Assembly (NCBI RefSeq): GCF_005696695.1
Contig: NZ_CP040006.1
Coordinates: 390,001-422,000, forward strand
DNA: 32,000 nucleotides
Origin: Schaalia odontolytica
GTDB taxonomy: Bacteria; Actinomycetota; Actinomycetes; Actinomycetales; Actinomycetaceae
Direction of reading: 5' to 3'
This document shows positions 23,171-31,059 of the stretch, in pieces. Below the pieces are notes generated by a model. It was not told the DNA's origin, did not search any database, and saw nothing but the letters and a program-made list of their open reading frames with translations. Made by a program: the position numbers and the translations under genes. Every line of letters starts with the position of its first letter. Position 1 is the first letter of the stretch.

Positions 23171-23475
23171 ATGAAACCGGCGTCGCCTTTGCGGGCGTGG
23201 ACGGGCCTGTTTTGAGCGGTTGGGGCGCGCATTGGTGTTGTGGGTTTCATGCGGGTCTGGGTGGGGCCTTGCGGTGGTGCTGCCGGTTGTGTTCTTCGAC
23301 CTTTCGTGAAACCCGCGTCGCCTTTGCGGGCGTGGTTGGCGTGGCTCGTGAAACCGGTGTCGCCTTTGCGGGCGTGGATGGGCCTGTTTTGAGTGGTTGG
23401 GGGCGCGCATTGGTGTTGCGGGTTTCATGCGTGAGCATTCGCCACCGTGCATTGGTGTCGTGGGTTTCAAGCCGG
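23171..23475. repeat. Two ~83-bp repeat units with short terminal inverted repeats, plus extra head and tail half-copies offset by 42 bp
   Basis: Unit 1 spans 23171-23253: ATGAAACCGGCGTCGCCTTTGCGGGCGTGGACGGGCCTGTTTTGAGCGGTTGGGGCGCGCATTGGTGTTGTGGGTTTCATGCG. Unit 2 spans 23348-23431 and is nearly identical. A head half-copy lies at 23305-23335 and a tail half-copy at 23447-23475. The ends TGAAACC and GGTTTCA are inverted. Confidence 0.7.
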
Positions 23476-23580
23476 GTTGTATTGATCGAATCGTCTCGAC
23501 GTGTTCTCAGTGCACAGTCGTAGGCGGTCTGGGAATTCAAAGATTGCATGAGTCATGCACCAGTTAGATCGTCGTCTTGT

Positions 23581-24639
23581 TCAGTTTCCCTTCTTGGTTC
23601 GGATGGCTACCAGAACCTGGGCGACGACCTCGTCGATGACGCGAAGATCCGACCATCGGACACGAATGACTGCCCACCCGTCGCGTTCAAGGTCGCGCTG
23701 CCGACGCTGCTCGGCCTCAATGCTGTCGTGGACTTCATCGACCGTGTCCCCGTACTTGATGCGACCATCGAACTCGATAGCTATCTTCAGGTTGGGCAGC
23801 GCAATATCGATGAAGTACGTGTGGCCGGCTACGTGGACCTCTTCTTGAGTCGTTATTCCTTCGATCCCCGCGCGCAGCAAGGCAAGCAACACGAGGGCCT
23901 CGCCAGGAGACTCGCATCCAGCGTCGGCACGGTCAATGACCCATCGGGCTTGCTTGCGCCCGACGGTGTTGAGGGGAGTGTTAGCCAATGCCTCGTGGAA
24001 CTCTTTGCGTGCCTCCTCCTGGCGGACACGCGACTCATCCTGACGAAAACGGTCGAAGTGGCACGCGTGGGCCAACCCCGCGCAGGCGATGGGAAACCTG
24101 TGCTTGTCGGCCAACAGGCGGGCGCAGTCAACGACAACTCGCGCCGGTGTGGCGATCTGGAAGCCCAAGTAGTTGATTGAGGGAACTGGCGATCGGGGGC
24201 GAGAAACGGTCGTTGTCACTGCCGAAAAACGTTCATTCTTCTCAACTGTGATTGCTGGAAAATGAATCTGGCGTGGGCATTCTCGAGATGGCGCATACAG
24301 TGTGAGCTTCTCGATCTGGTCGTCGGTGGGGAGGTCGAGAAGGTAAGCGGCGACGCCGCCGCTGATGACGTAATTGGGATATCGCAGACTCAGAGCGCAT
24401 AACCGGGCAATGAAAACCGCTGTTTTGCGCTCCCGTGAGTGCAGTCCAATCAACTGTGCTGAAGGGATATAAATGCCGGTAAGGAGACGAATGAATTCTC
24501 CTTTCTGCACGCGCCTATGGATGCGTTCACTAGCTGCATGCGAGTCGGCAATGACTAGGGATGCACGGATGGATGCCACCCGGTCGCGCAGCAAAGCAGC
24601 ATCTTCGTTGTGCGCATGCGCGCCTCGTTGTTGGTCCAT
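23581..24639 (-). CDS. DUF559 (Vsr/restriction-endonuclease-like fold) protein with an AbiEi-like N-terminal region
   Basis: The C-terminus GHTYFIDIALPNLKIAIEFDGRIKYGD...EQRRQRDLERDGWAVIRVRWSDL matches the DUF559 pattern (xxEFDGxxH/Y...R...L...GWxVxRxxxxD). Start candidates are the ATG at 24639 and the TTG at 24675, neither with a good RBS. By eye the GC content is lower than in neighbouring genes. Confidence 0.7.
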   Translation of the reverse strand: MDQQRGAHAHNEDAALLRDRVASIRASLVIADSHAASERIHRRVQKGEFIRLLTGIYIPSAQLIGLHSRERKTAVFIARLCALSLRYPNYVISGGVAAYLLDLPTDDQIEKLTLYAPSRECPRQIHFPAITVEKNERFSAVTTTVSRPRSPVPSINYLGFQIATPARVVVDCARLLADKHRFPIACAGLAHACHFDRFRQDESRVRQEEARKEFHEALANTPLNTVGRKQARWVIDRADAGCESPGEALVLLALLRAGIEGITTQEEVHVAGHTYFIDIALPNLKIAIEFDGRIKYGDTVDEVHDSIEAEQRRQRDLERDGWAVIRVRWSDLRVIDEVVAQVLVAIRTKKGN

Positions 24640-24687
24640 GAGTCCAACTGTGTGACGACTGGAGTGCGCCTTCAAGCTCTCTGTGTG

Positions 24688-24730
24688 AGCCTGTGGATAA
24701 CGACAAGTCGAGAGTTAGCCTGTGGATAAC
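24688..24730 (+). promoter_or_regulatory. Two direct copies of AGCCTGTGGATAAC, each containing a perfect DnaA-box complement (TGTGGATAA)
   Basis: Copies lie at 24688-24701 and 24717-24730, 29 bp apart, just upstream of the DUF559-like gene. TGTGGATAA is the reverse complement of the E. coli-type DnaA box TTATCCACA. Confidence 0.35.
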
Positions 24731-24903
24731 AAGCGATGGTCCTGATGCGCCGAAAGCGAATGCCCGTCTACGCGTGTATGCGAAACGCTCGTTGGGAGTT
24801 GTCTCAGCGAGACGATATTCGCCCTGTGGTTCGAAGTGGGTTGAAAGGCGTGATATTTTTCGCCCTGCGCGGCAAAAATGGCTAGATTTCGGTGTTTTTG
24901 GGC

Positions 24904-25029
24904 TTGCTGGGCGAGTTTTGTCTCGGTTTGGCCAAGATTGGGCTGTTGCTGGGCGAGTTTTGTCTCGGTCTGGCCGTGGGTGGGGTGTTGCTGGGCGAAC
25001 TTTTTCGCGCTCTGGCGCTATCAGGCCAC
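24904..25029. repeat. Three tandem 42-bp repeats immediately downstream of trkH
   Basis: Unit TTGCTGGGCGAGTTTTGTCTCGGTTTGGCCAAGATTGGGCTG at 24904-24945. A second copy lies at 24946-24987 with few changes. A third, more diverged copy starts at 24988. Confidence 0.8.
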
Positions 25030-25067
25030 CCGCTCTCGCGTGGCGACGACGCCAGTCGCTCCCGCAA

Positions 25068-26630
25068 TCAGCCGATGATTGGCCGTTCTTCCGGCATTCG
25101 GATGACGCGGGAGCGCTCGCGCAGGGCGAGGGCTGCGGCCACTGTCATGGAGCCGGTACGGCCGGCGAACATGAGGAAAATCAGCACGTACTTGGCGCCG
25201 ACGGGTAAGACTGGGGTGATGCCGGTGGACAGGCCTACGGTCGCGAACGCGGAGGCGGTCTCGAACAGGATGATGTCGAGAGAATAGTTCGTCATTGACA
25301 GCAGCAGGACGACGGACACGGCCACGAGCGCCAGGCCCAGCAGCGACACGGCAACCGCCAGTCGGACGGCGCTCGTGGGGATGCGTCGCCCGAAGGTCTC
25401 GATGTCGCGGTCGCCTCGAGCCTCCGCGATGACAGCCAAGACGAGAACGGCAAAAGTTGTGACCTTCACGCCGCCCGCCGTGGATGCGGAGCCGCCGCCG
25501 ATCATCATGAGGATGTCCTGCACGAAGTGGGTCTGGGTCTGCATGGCGCCGACGTCCAGGGCAGACAGGCCGGACGAGCGGGAGTTTACGCCGGCGAGCA
25601 TCGCGTTGAGAATCTTGGAGGGAGTGTCGATCGCACCCAGGGTCGCGGGATTGTTCCACTCGGTGAGCGCCAGGGCGAGTGCCCCCACGAATGCGAGGAT
25701 CAGGTAGGTCGACAGGGTGAGCTTGGTGTGGAGTCTCCAGCGCCGCGGTGTGCGCAGGTTCTTGGCGACGTCCATGATGACGGGGAAGCCGATGGCTCCC
25801 ACGGTGGTGCCCAGGATGATGGGGATGAGCATCCACCAGTCGGTGACGTGGGGGGAGAGGCCTTCGGGCAGGATGACGAAGCCCGCGTTGTTGAACACGG
25901 AGATCGCCATGAATACGGCGTCCCACACGGCGCGCACGGGGTCGATGCCCATCGACAGGAAGCGCGGGAGGAACACGGCGGCCAGGAGGGCCTGCATGGT
26001 CAGCGATGTCGCGATGACGGCCTTGAGCAGGAGGGAGATCTGGCCCATGGCGCCGGTGCCGGTTTCCTGCGTGGCGAGCATGCGCTGTGTGAGGCCGAGG
26101 TGGCGTGAGACAGCGAATCCGAGGATCGACGCGAGGGTCATGACGCCCAGGCCGCCGACGACAATGCCGGCGGCGATGACTGCCTGCCCGAAGGGGGACC
26201 AGTAGGTCGCGGTGTCGACGGTGGTCAGGCCGGTGACGCAGACGGCGGACACGGCGGTGAAGAGAACATCGACGAAGGGGGCGGATGTGTCGGACGAGGA
26301 GGAGATTGGCAACATCAGGAGCGCCGTGATGACGCCGATGATGAGTGCGAATGTGCCCAGAGCGAGGCGTGCGGGTGAATACCGGGCCTGCTTGGACAGC
26401 CACGCGCGCACGCGCTGGATGGTTGTGGTGGGTACCTCGCCGTGCGGGTTCTGGGGGCCTTCGGGGACGCGGCGTATGACGGGGGAGGGCTGCGGGTTCA
26501 GCGGTTCCTCAGAGATCACAGGGGACGAGGCCGTGGCGCGTCCGCGCATCAGGGACCGGGTGGCGCCGGGTTTGGGACGTAAGCGAGGGGTCTTGCCTCG
26601 CTGCTGACGACCCTTGTGTGCCGGTGCCAT
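25068..26630 (-). CDS. trkH: Potassium transporter TrkH/KtrB family membrane subunit
   Basis: 520 aa and polytopic, with repeated pore-loop-type segments (SAVCVTGLTTVDT, FNNAGFVILPE, GVNSRSSGLSALD, ASAFATVGLSTG). AAGGAG lies 5 nt upstream of the ATG at 26630. Confidence 0.9.
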   Translation of the reverse strand: MAPAHKGRQQRGKTPRLRPKPGATRSLMRGRATASSPVISEEPLNPQPSPVIRRVPEGPQNPHGEVPTTTIQRVRAWLSKQARYSPARLALGTFALIIGVITALLMLPISSSSDTSAPFVDVLFTAVSAVCVTGLTTVDTATYWSPFGQAVIAAGIVVGGLGVMTLASILGFAVSRHLGLTQRMLATQETGTGAMGQISLLLKAVIATSLTMQALLAAVFLPRFLSMGIDPVRAVWDAVFMAISVFNNAGFVILPEGLSPHVTDWWMLIPIILGTTVGAIGFPVIMDVAKNLRTPRRWRLHTKLTLSTYLILAFVGALALALTEWNNPATLGAIDTPSKILNAMLAGVNSRSSGLSALDVGAMQTQTHFVQDILMMIGGGSASTAGGVKVTTFAVLVLAVIAEARGDRDIETFGRRIPTSAVRLAVAVSLLGLALVAVSVVLLLSMTNYSLDIILFETASAFATVGLSTGITPVLPVGAKYVLIFLMFAGRTGSMTVAAALALRERSRVIRMPEERPIIG

Positions 26631-26772
26631 CGATGCTCCTTAACGACTCTGCAACAAAAGTGGACAAAGTTGCAGTTTCCATGCGGTTGGGCAGTAGTAT
26701 ATTTCGTGAGGCTACGTAAGCGGTGAACGAATCGGGTTTAGCGCGCCTCGCGAGCATATCTGGGAGTCATTA

Positions 26773-26991
26773 ATGGAACAGCAGTCGGCGCCGCGCTTTA
26801 TGACTGTCACGGAAGTGGCGGACATCATGCGCGTCTCTAAGATGACTGTGTACCGCTTGATTCACAGTGGCGAAATGCCCGCGATTCGCGTCGGAAAGAG
26901 CTTCCGAGTCCCGGAGGCCGCGGTCGCCCAGATGATCCAGGCCGGTATGGCGGATCACTCTGGTGACCAGGCTCGCGTCATTGGCGGGTAG
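26773..26991 (+). CDS. Excisionase-family (MerR-like) helix-turn-helix DNA-binding protein, Rv0500A-like
   Basis: 72 aa. FMTVTEVADIMRVSKMTVYRLIHSGEMPAIRVGKSFRVPEAAV is the excisionase-type HTH signature. Its position directly upstream of the bS22 gene matches the conserved actinobacterial gene pair. Confidence 0.85.
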   Translation: MEQQSAPRFMTVTEVADIMRVSKMTVYRLIHSGEMPAIRVGKSFRVPEAAVAQMIQAGMADHSGDQARVIGG

Positions 26992-27074
26992 TATAGGCAC
27001 GATGTGCCCGGCTCGGGCACCCATCATCCATCAGCGGTAGTACCTCTGCCGCACACACTACGAGGGAGGAACCC

Positions 27075-27173
27075 CATGGGCTCCGTCATCAAGAAGCGCC
27101 GCAAGCGCATGGCGAAGAAGAAGCACCGCAAGCTCCTGCGCAAGACGCGTCACCAGCGTCGCAACAAGAAGTG
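27075..27173 (+). CDS. 30S ribosomal protein bS22 (32 aa, Rv0500B-like)
   Basis: This ORF is below the size cut-off of the ORF track. I translated it by hand as MGSVIKKRRKRMAKKKHRKLLRKTRHQRRNKK. GAGGGAGGAA lies upstream and a hairpin terminator downstream. Confidence 0.85.
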
Positions 27174-27181
27174 AGCGAGCG

Positions 27182-27207
27182 GAGGCCCGACCTTTTGGTC
27201 GGGCCTC
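27182..27207 (+). terminator. Hairpin terminator after the bS22 gene
   Basis: GAGGCCCGACC, then tttt, then GGTCGGGCCTC, followed by TCGTGTATT. Confidence 0.55.
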
Positions 27208-27238
27208 TCGTGTATTCGGGGCCCTATACTTGGGTGTC

Positions 27239-27907
27239 ATGGACCGCACCATTATTCACGTTATGCGCCACGGCGAGGTGGACAATCCCGACGGTGTTTT
27301 GTACGGGCGGCTGCCCGGTTTTGGGCTGACGGAGCTGGGGCATGCGATGGCTGCCCGCGCCGCCGAGTATCTGGTGGATTCGGGTGCGGATATTGCTCGC
27401 GTGATTTCGTCGCCGCTGCTGCGTGCGCAGTTGACGGCGGCTCCGACGGCGGCCGCGTACGACCTGAGCATTCAGTCGGATCCGCGCCTCATCGAGTCGG
27501 ATAACGTCTTTGAGGGGCTGCCGGTGAACACCAACCGCGCGATGCTGGCGAACCCGAAGTACTTCAAGTACTACTGCAACCCGCTGCGTCCCTCGTGGGG
27601 CGAGCCCTATCGGGATATCGCGTCGCGTATGAGCGCGGCCCTGTCCTCGGCGCTGCGCGAGGCCCGGGGGCGTGAGGCGCTTGTCGTGTCCCATCAGAAT
27701 CCGATCGTGACGCTGACGCGCTTCGTGAACGGTCAGCCGTTGGCGCACGCGCCGAAGTCGCGCCACTGTGCGCTTGCGTCGATCACCTCGTTTATTTTCT
27801 CGGGTGCGACGCTCGTGGGTACGTCCTACGCGGAGCCCGCGGCTGACCTGGTTGCGATGGCGAAGGATATGACGCCGGGGGACTCGCAGGCAGACTTGCG
27901 CCGCTGA
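27239..27907 (+). CDS. Histidine phosphatase family (phosphoglycerate-mutase-like) protein
   Basis: The catalytic RHG motif is near the N-terminus (IIHVMRHGEVDNPDGVLYGRLPGFGLTELG). VVSHQNPI is consistent with the second His. I prefer the ATG at 27239 over the TTG at 27230. Confidence 0.8.
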   Translation: MDRTIIHVMRHGEVDNPDGVLYGRLPGFGLTELGHAMAARAAEYLVDSGADIARVISSPLLRAQLTAAPTAAAYDLSIQSDPRLIESDNVFEGLPVNTNRAMLANPKYFKYYCNPLRPSWGEPYRDIASRMSAALSSALREARGREALVVSHQNPIVTLTRFVNGQPLAHAPKSRHCALASITSFIFSGATLVGTSYAEPAADLVAMAKDMTPGDSQADLRR

Positions 27908-27987
27908 CGTGACCGTTGCGGTAGCGCTCGCAACGCCGTGTCGCGCCGCAGCAGGGTGGAACCCGCGGTAGATGGCGTGAGCGTCGC

Positions 27988-28380
27988 TCAGTTGGCCTCG
28001 TCGCCGGAATCCTCGGCGGGGTCGGTCCCCTCTTCCTCGGAGTGCTGACGCTGTTCCTGCGCGCGGCGCTCCTCCTCGCGGCGCTTGCGCTGGATGTCGC
28101 GCTCGAGACGGAACAGGAACTCCGGGTCGTCGTCGGGGGCGGAGGGGCGCTTGGGGGCCTCGGGCGCTCGGGTCTGCTTCTTTTCCGCGCGCGATACCCA
28201 CCGCAGGACGAGCCAGGCGATGGGGCCGATGGCGGCGATCGTCGCGGTGAAGAGGATGATCATCAGCCAGATGGGCTTGGCGATCTTTCCGGGCATCTCG
28301 TCTTCGGGCGTGCGGTGCCAGTCGGCGGCAGCGTAGATGGTGACTGCGAGCATTGCGACGACGAAGACGATCCTGGCCAT
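27988..28380 (-). CDS. Small membrane protein, PLDc_N-like, with a charged C-terminal tail
   Basis: There are two TM segments (IVFVVAMLAVTIYAAA and PIWLMIILFTATIAAIGPIAWLVL). A Lys/Glu/Arg-rich tail follows. Confidence 0.6.
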   Translation of the reverse strand: MARIVFVVAMLAVTIYAAADWHRTPEDEMPGKIAKPIWLMIILFTATIAAIGPIAWLVLRWVSRAEKKQTRAPEAPKRPSAPDDDPEFLFRLERDIQRKRREEERRAQEQRQHSEEEGTDPAEDSGDEAN

Positions 28381-28456
28381 GCCCCTAGCATAGGGGCGTG
28401 GGCCGTCTCACGCTGGCGCGTTCACTCCCGGAGCAATCGGAGGAGCCGCGCGGCGT

Positions 28457-29362
28457 TCAGGCACGCGTGACGCGGGGGAGGTTCGCGTACGAGGGGGCGG
28501 CGCCCGGCGCGAGGACCGCCGTCGACCCGGCACGGATTCCGTCGGCCACGGCCTCGGCGAAAGGCTTGCCGAGGGCCATGGCGGCCGCCAGCGCGCCCAC
28601 GCACGCGTCCCCGGCGCCCGTGGTGTCCACGGCCTCGCCGAGGGTGAGGGCGGGGCAGTGCCCGGCCTCGCTGCCCGATGCCCACGCCGCCCCGTCCGCG
28701 CCGAGCGTCACCATGACGTGCTTGGGGCCGAGGCCTCGCAGCGCCCGCGCGACTCCGATCGCCTCGGTGGGGCCGGCGGGGGCGGGCATGCCCAGCGTCA
28801 GGCCTGCCTCCGTCTCGTTGACGATGAGAACGTCGACGCGCGCCATGAATGCGGCGTCGGTGGGGCGGGCGGGGGCCAGGTTGAGCAGGATGCGTGCGCC
28901 GAACGAGTGCGCCCACGCGAGGGCTTCGGCGTTGGCCTCGGCAGGGATTTCGGCCTGGAGGACGACGATGTCGGCGGGGGCGGGGAACAACGAGGCCTTG
29001 GCGGGCTCGACGGTCACGGTCGCGTTCGCCCCGGCGTCGAGGATGATCGTGTTCTCACCCGAGGAGGCGACAGTGATGAGCGCGGTCCCGGAGGGTCCGT
29101 CGACCTCGCGCAGGTGGGTGACGTCCACGCCGTGAGACGCCAGCTCCGCGCGCAGGCGCTGACCCGAGGGATCCGCACCGACCGCACCCACGAAGAAGAC
29201 GGGGACCCCCGAATGTGCGGCGGCGGCCGCCTGGTTCGCGCCCTTACCGCCGAGGCCGTAGGTGAGCGAGGTGCCCGAGAGCGTTTCGCCGGGCTTCGGG
29301 AAACGGTCGACGGTGACCGTGACGTCCTGGTTGATGGAACCGACAACGATGACGCGAGACAT
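28457..29362 (-). CDS. rbsK: Ribokinase
   Basis: PfkB-family signatures are present: VVGSINQDV, GGKGANQAAAAA and DTTGAGDACVGALAAA. I prefer the start at the ATG at 29362 (MSRVIVVG), with AAGGAG 4 nt upstream. Confidence 0.85.
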   Translation of the reverse strand: MSRVIVVGSINQDVTVTVDRFPKPGETLSGTSLTYGLGGKGANQAAAAAHSGVPVFFVGAVGADPSGQRLRAELASHGVDVTHLREVDGPSGTALITVASSGENTIILDAGANATVTVEPAKASLFPAPADIVVLQAEIPAEANAEALAWAHSFGARILLNLAPARPTDAAFMARVDVLIVNETEAGLTLGMPAPAGPTEAIGVARALRGLGPKHVMVTLGADGAAWASGSEAGHCPALTLGEAVDTTGAGDACVGALAAAMALGKPFAEAVADGIRAGSTAVLAPGAAPSYANLPRVTRA

Positions 29363-29548
29363 GGTGCTCCTTTGCGAGGGATGATTCATTGTGCCACGTC
29401 AGGGGTGGGGCAGTGGCGACTTTGAGCCCTGATGGGCGGGCGCGCACGTGGGGGAGAGGCCAGCAATCAGGGTGTTAAGTTGAGCTTCATTTGCGCACTA
29501 GTTTCCTGCAATACTGCTAAACGGTTGATTTGTGGTGAACTAATCGCC

Positions 29549-30982
29549 GTGCGCACGCTCCGATTCTTCATCTCCTCGCGAGCGGCAGGACCCACCTGCC
29601 GCGTCGCCACCGTCCCCTCGCAGGTCATCCGAGGGACGGCCTCGGCCACCGCGGTCAACTTGCGCACCGTTGCCACGGACGGCGAATACGCGGACGGACC
29701 CGCGCGCGTGCTCCTGCCGCTTCTCGGCATCTACGCGCTCGGGACGGTCTCCCTCCAGGGGTTCAACCTGGTCTACCTGCGCGTCGCCCAGGACATCGGC
29801 GCGGGGGATGCCTCCGGCCTCATCACCGCGATCCCTGGCATCGTCCTCGGCGTCGCCTGCTTCCTGTACGGAACCCTCGGAGACTTCATCCCGCTGCGCC
29901 GCATCGTCGATGTGGGGATCGCGCTGATCGTCGCGGGGTCCCTGCTCGGCTTCGTCTTCTCCTCGTCGCTGGCCGGCGTCATCGTCGCCCGCGCCCTCCA
30001 GACACTGGGGTACCAGGCCGCCGCCTCCGCGTACATGATCCTTGCGACTGCCATCCGTGACCCGAAGAAACGAGGCCTCTACGTCGGCCTCATGTGCGCG
30101 GCCTTCCAGGGCGGCACCGCAATCGGCATGCTGGCCGGCGGTATCCTCGCCGACATCAACTGGGCTCTGCTCCTCCTCATTCCCCTGGGTGGCCTCGCCT
30201 GCTTGCCGATCATGGGGCGTCGCGTCCCCGCGCGCGCCCGCGCCGGGCGCGTCGACGTTGTCGGCCTCGCGATTTTCTCCTCCCTGGCCCTGCTGCTCAC
30301 CCTGGTCGCCGCGAACCCGCACTGGTGGCTCATCGCGGGCCTCATCCTCGGCGGCTTCCTCTTCTGGCGCTACATCGGGCGTGCGCGCGCCCCCTTCATT
30401 ACGCGTTCCTTCTTCACGAACGTGCCGTGGGCGCGCTCGATCAGCCTCATCCTGATCGTCTACTGCATGAACTTCACGGTCGCGCCCCTCATGAACGGCA
30501 TCGGCGCCGCCAACTACGGGCTCACGCCCGCGCAGGTCTCCGTGCGCCTGCTGCCCGCCTACTGCGTCGCCCTGGCCACCGCCATGACGTCGGGCGCAGC
30601 CATGTCGCGCATCGGGCGCGGCCGTACCGTGCGCGCGTGCGTCAGCCTCATCCTCACGGGTACCGTCCTTATCGCGCTGTGCATGAGCATGGGCCCGTGG
30701 GTCATCACCGCCGCCATGTGCTTCATCTACGCGGGCTTCGGCGCCCTGTTCACGCCCATCTACGACACCGTGTTCGCGACCGTCGCTCCGGGCCAGAACG
30801 GGCGCGCCGTCGCCATGAACGACCTCGCCATGCAGGGCAGTGCCGCGATCGGCATCGGCGTGTTCACGCCGATGCTCGCCTCGGGTGCCTTCCGGGCCAT
30901 AGCCCTCATCTGCGTCGTCGCGGCAGCGACCGGCATCGCCGGCGACTGGCTGCACGAATACCTGTACCGCCGCGGGCGCTGA
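29549..30982 (+). CDS. MFS transporter (start uncertain)
   Basis: I see about 12-14 hydrophobic segments. The frame is that of track ORF 29432..30982. The first ~115 nt of that ORF cross a lower-GC, promoter-like stretch, so a later start is more likely (GTG at 29549 or TTG at 29660). Confidence 0.7.
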   Translation: MRTLRFFISSRAAGPTCRVATVPSQVIRGTASATAVNLRTVATDGEYADGPARVLLPLLGIYALGTVSLQGFNLVYLRVAQDIGAGDASGLITAIPGIVLGVACFLYGTLGDFIPLRRIVDVGIALIVAGSLLGFVFSSSLAGVIVARALQTLGYQAAASAYMILATAIRDPKKRGLYVGLMCAAFQGGTAIGMLAGGILADINWALLLLIPLGGLACLPIMGRRVPARARAGRVDVVGLAIFSSLALLLTLVAANPHWWLIAGLILGGFLFWRYIGRARAPFITRSFFTNVPWARSISLILIVYCMNFTVAPLMNGIGAANYGLTPAQVSVRLLPAYCVALATAMTSGAAMSRIGRGRTVRACVSLILTGTVLIALCMSMGPWVITAAMCFIYAGFGALFTPIYDTVFATVAPGQNGRAVAMNDLAMQGSAAIGIGVFTPMLASGAFRAIALICVVAAATGIAGDWLHEYLYRRGR

Positions 30983-31059
30983 CGGCAGGGGAGCGCAGAG
31001 CAGCACCGGCCTCGTTTTTAGGACAGGAGCAGCGCGAGCACGCGTGGTCGTGATGCCTG

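Noticed and set aside
23171-23475. Possible degenerate CRISPR array, because the repeats contain GTCGCC...GCGTGGA and GAAAC-like ends
   Set aside because: The head repeat starts at 23182, 23317 and 23359, giving spacings of 135 and 42 bp rather than a regular repeat-spacer period. The intervening sequences are themselves repeated. No cas genes are present in the window.
22990-23549. Minus-strand ORFs 22990..23250, 23111..23470 and 23247..23549, which contain repeated MKPTTPM peptides
   Set aside because: The repeated peptide is generated by the ~83-bp DNA repeats. There are no RBSs, the composition is biased, and the three ORFs overlap each other.
24688-24730. Chromosomal replication origin suggested by the DnaA boxes
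   Set aside because: There are only two boxes, no neighbouring dnaA, dnaN or rpmH, and no AT-rich unwinding element. The site is kept only as a low-confidence regulatory observation.
24693-25287. Plus-strand ORFs 24693..25208 and 24892..25287, which encode 14-aa repetitive peptides
   Set aside because: The repetition is a by-product of the 42-bp DNA repeats. Codons such as TTT, TGT, GGT and ATT are atypical for this GC3-rich genome. There is no RBS, and both ORFs overlap the trkH 3' end.
25021-26403. 460-aa minus-strand ORF in a different frame from trkH
   Set aside because: It is an Arg/Pro/His-rich off-frame product. The 25068-26630 frame gives a polytopic TrkH-like protein with a good RBS.
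26631-26772. Possible c-di-AMP (ydaO-type) riboswitch upstream of trkH
   Set aside because: The leader is only about 140 nt, and I could not identify the conserved ydaO helices or core motifs by eye. A covariance-model scan such as Infernal/Rfam would be needed, so no claim is made.
27224-28201. 325-aa minus-strand ORF opposite the histidine phosphatase gene
   Set aside because: It is an Arg-rich shadow frame. The plus strand carries the RHG catalytic motif.
29432-29548. N-terminal extension of the MFS ORF (MGGRARGGEASNQGVKLSFICALVSCNTAKRL...)
   Set aside because: It crosses a lower-GC, promoter-like stretch and has an atypical composition. A downstream GTG or TTG start is more plausible.
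29540-31006. 488-aa minus-strand ORF, together with the 319-aa plus-strand off-frame ORF at 30094-31053
   Set aside because: Both are Arg/Asp/Gly-rich or Arg/His/Pro-rich. The MFS frame gives regular hydrophobic helices.
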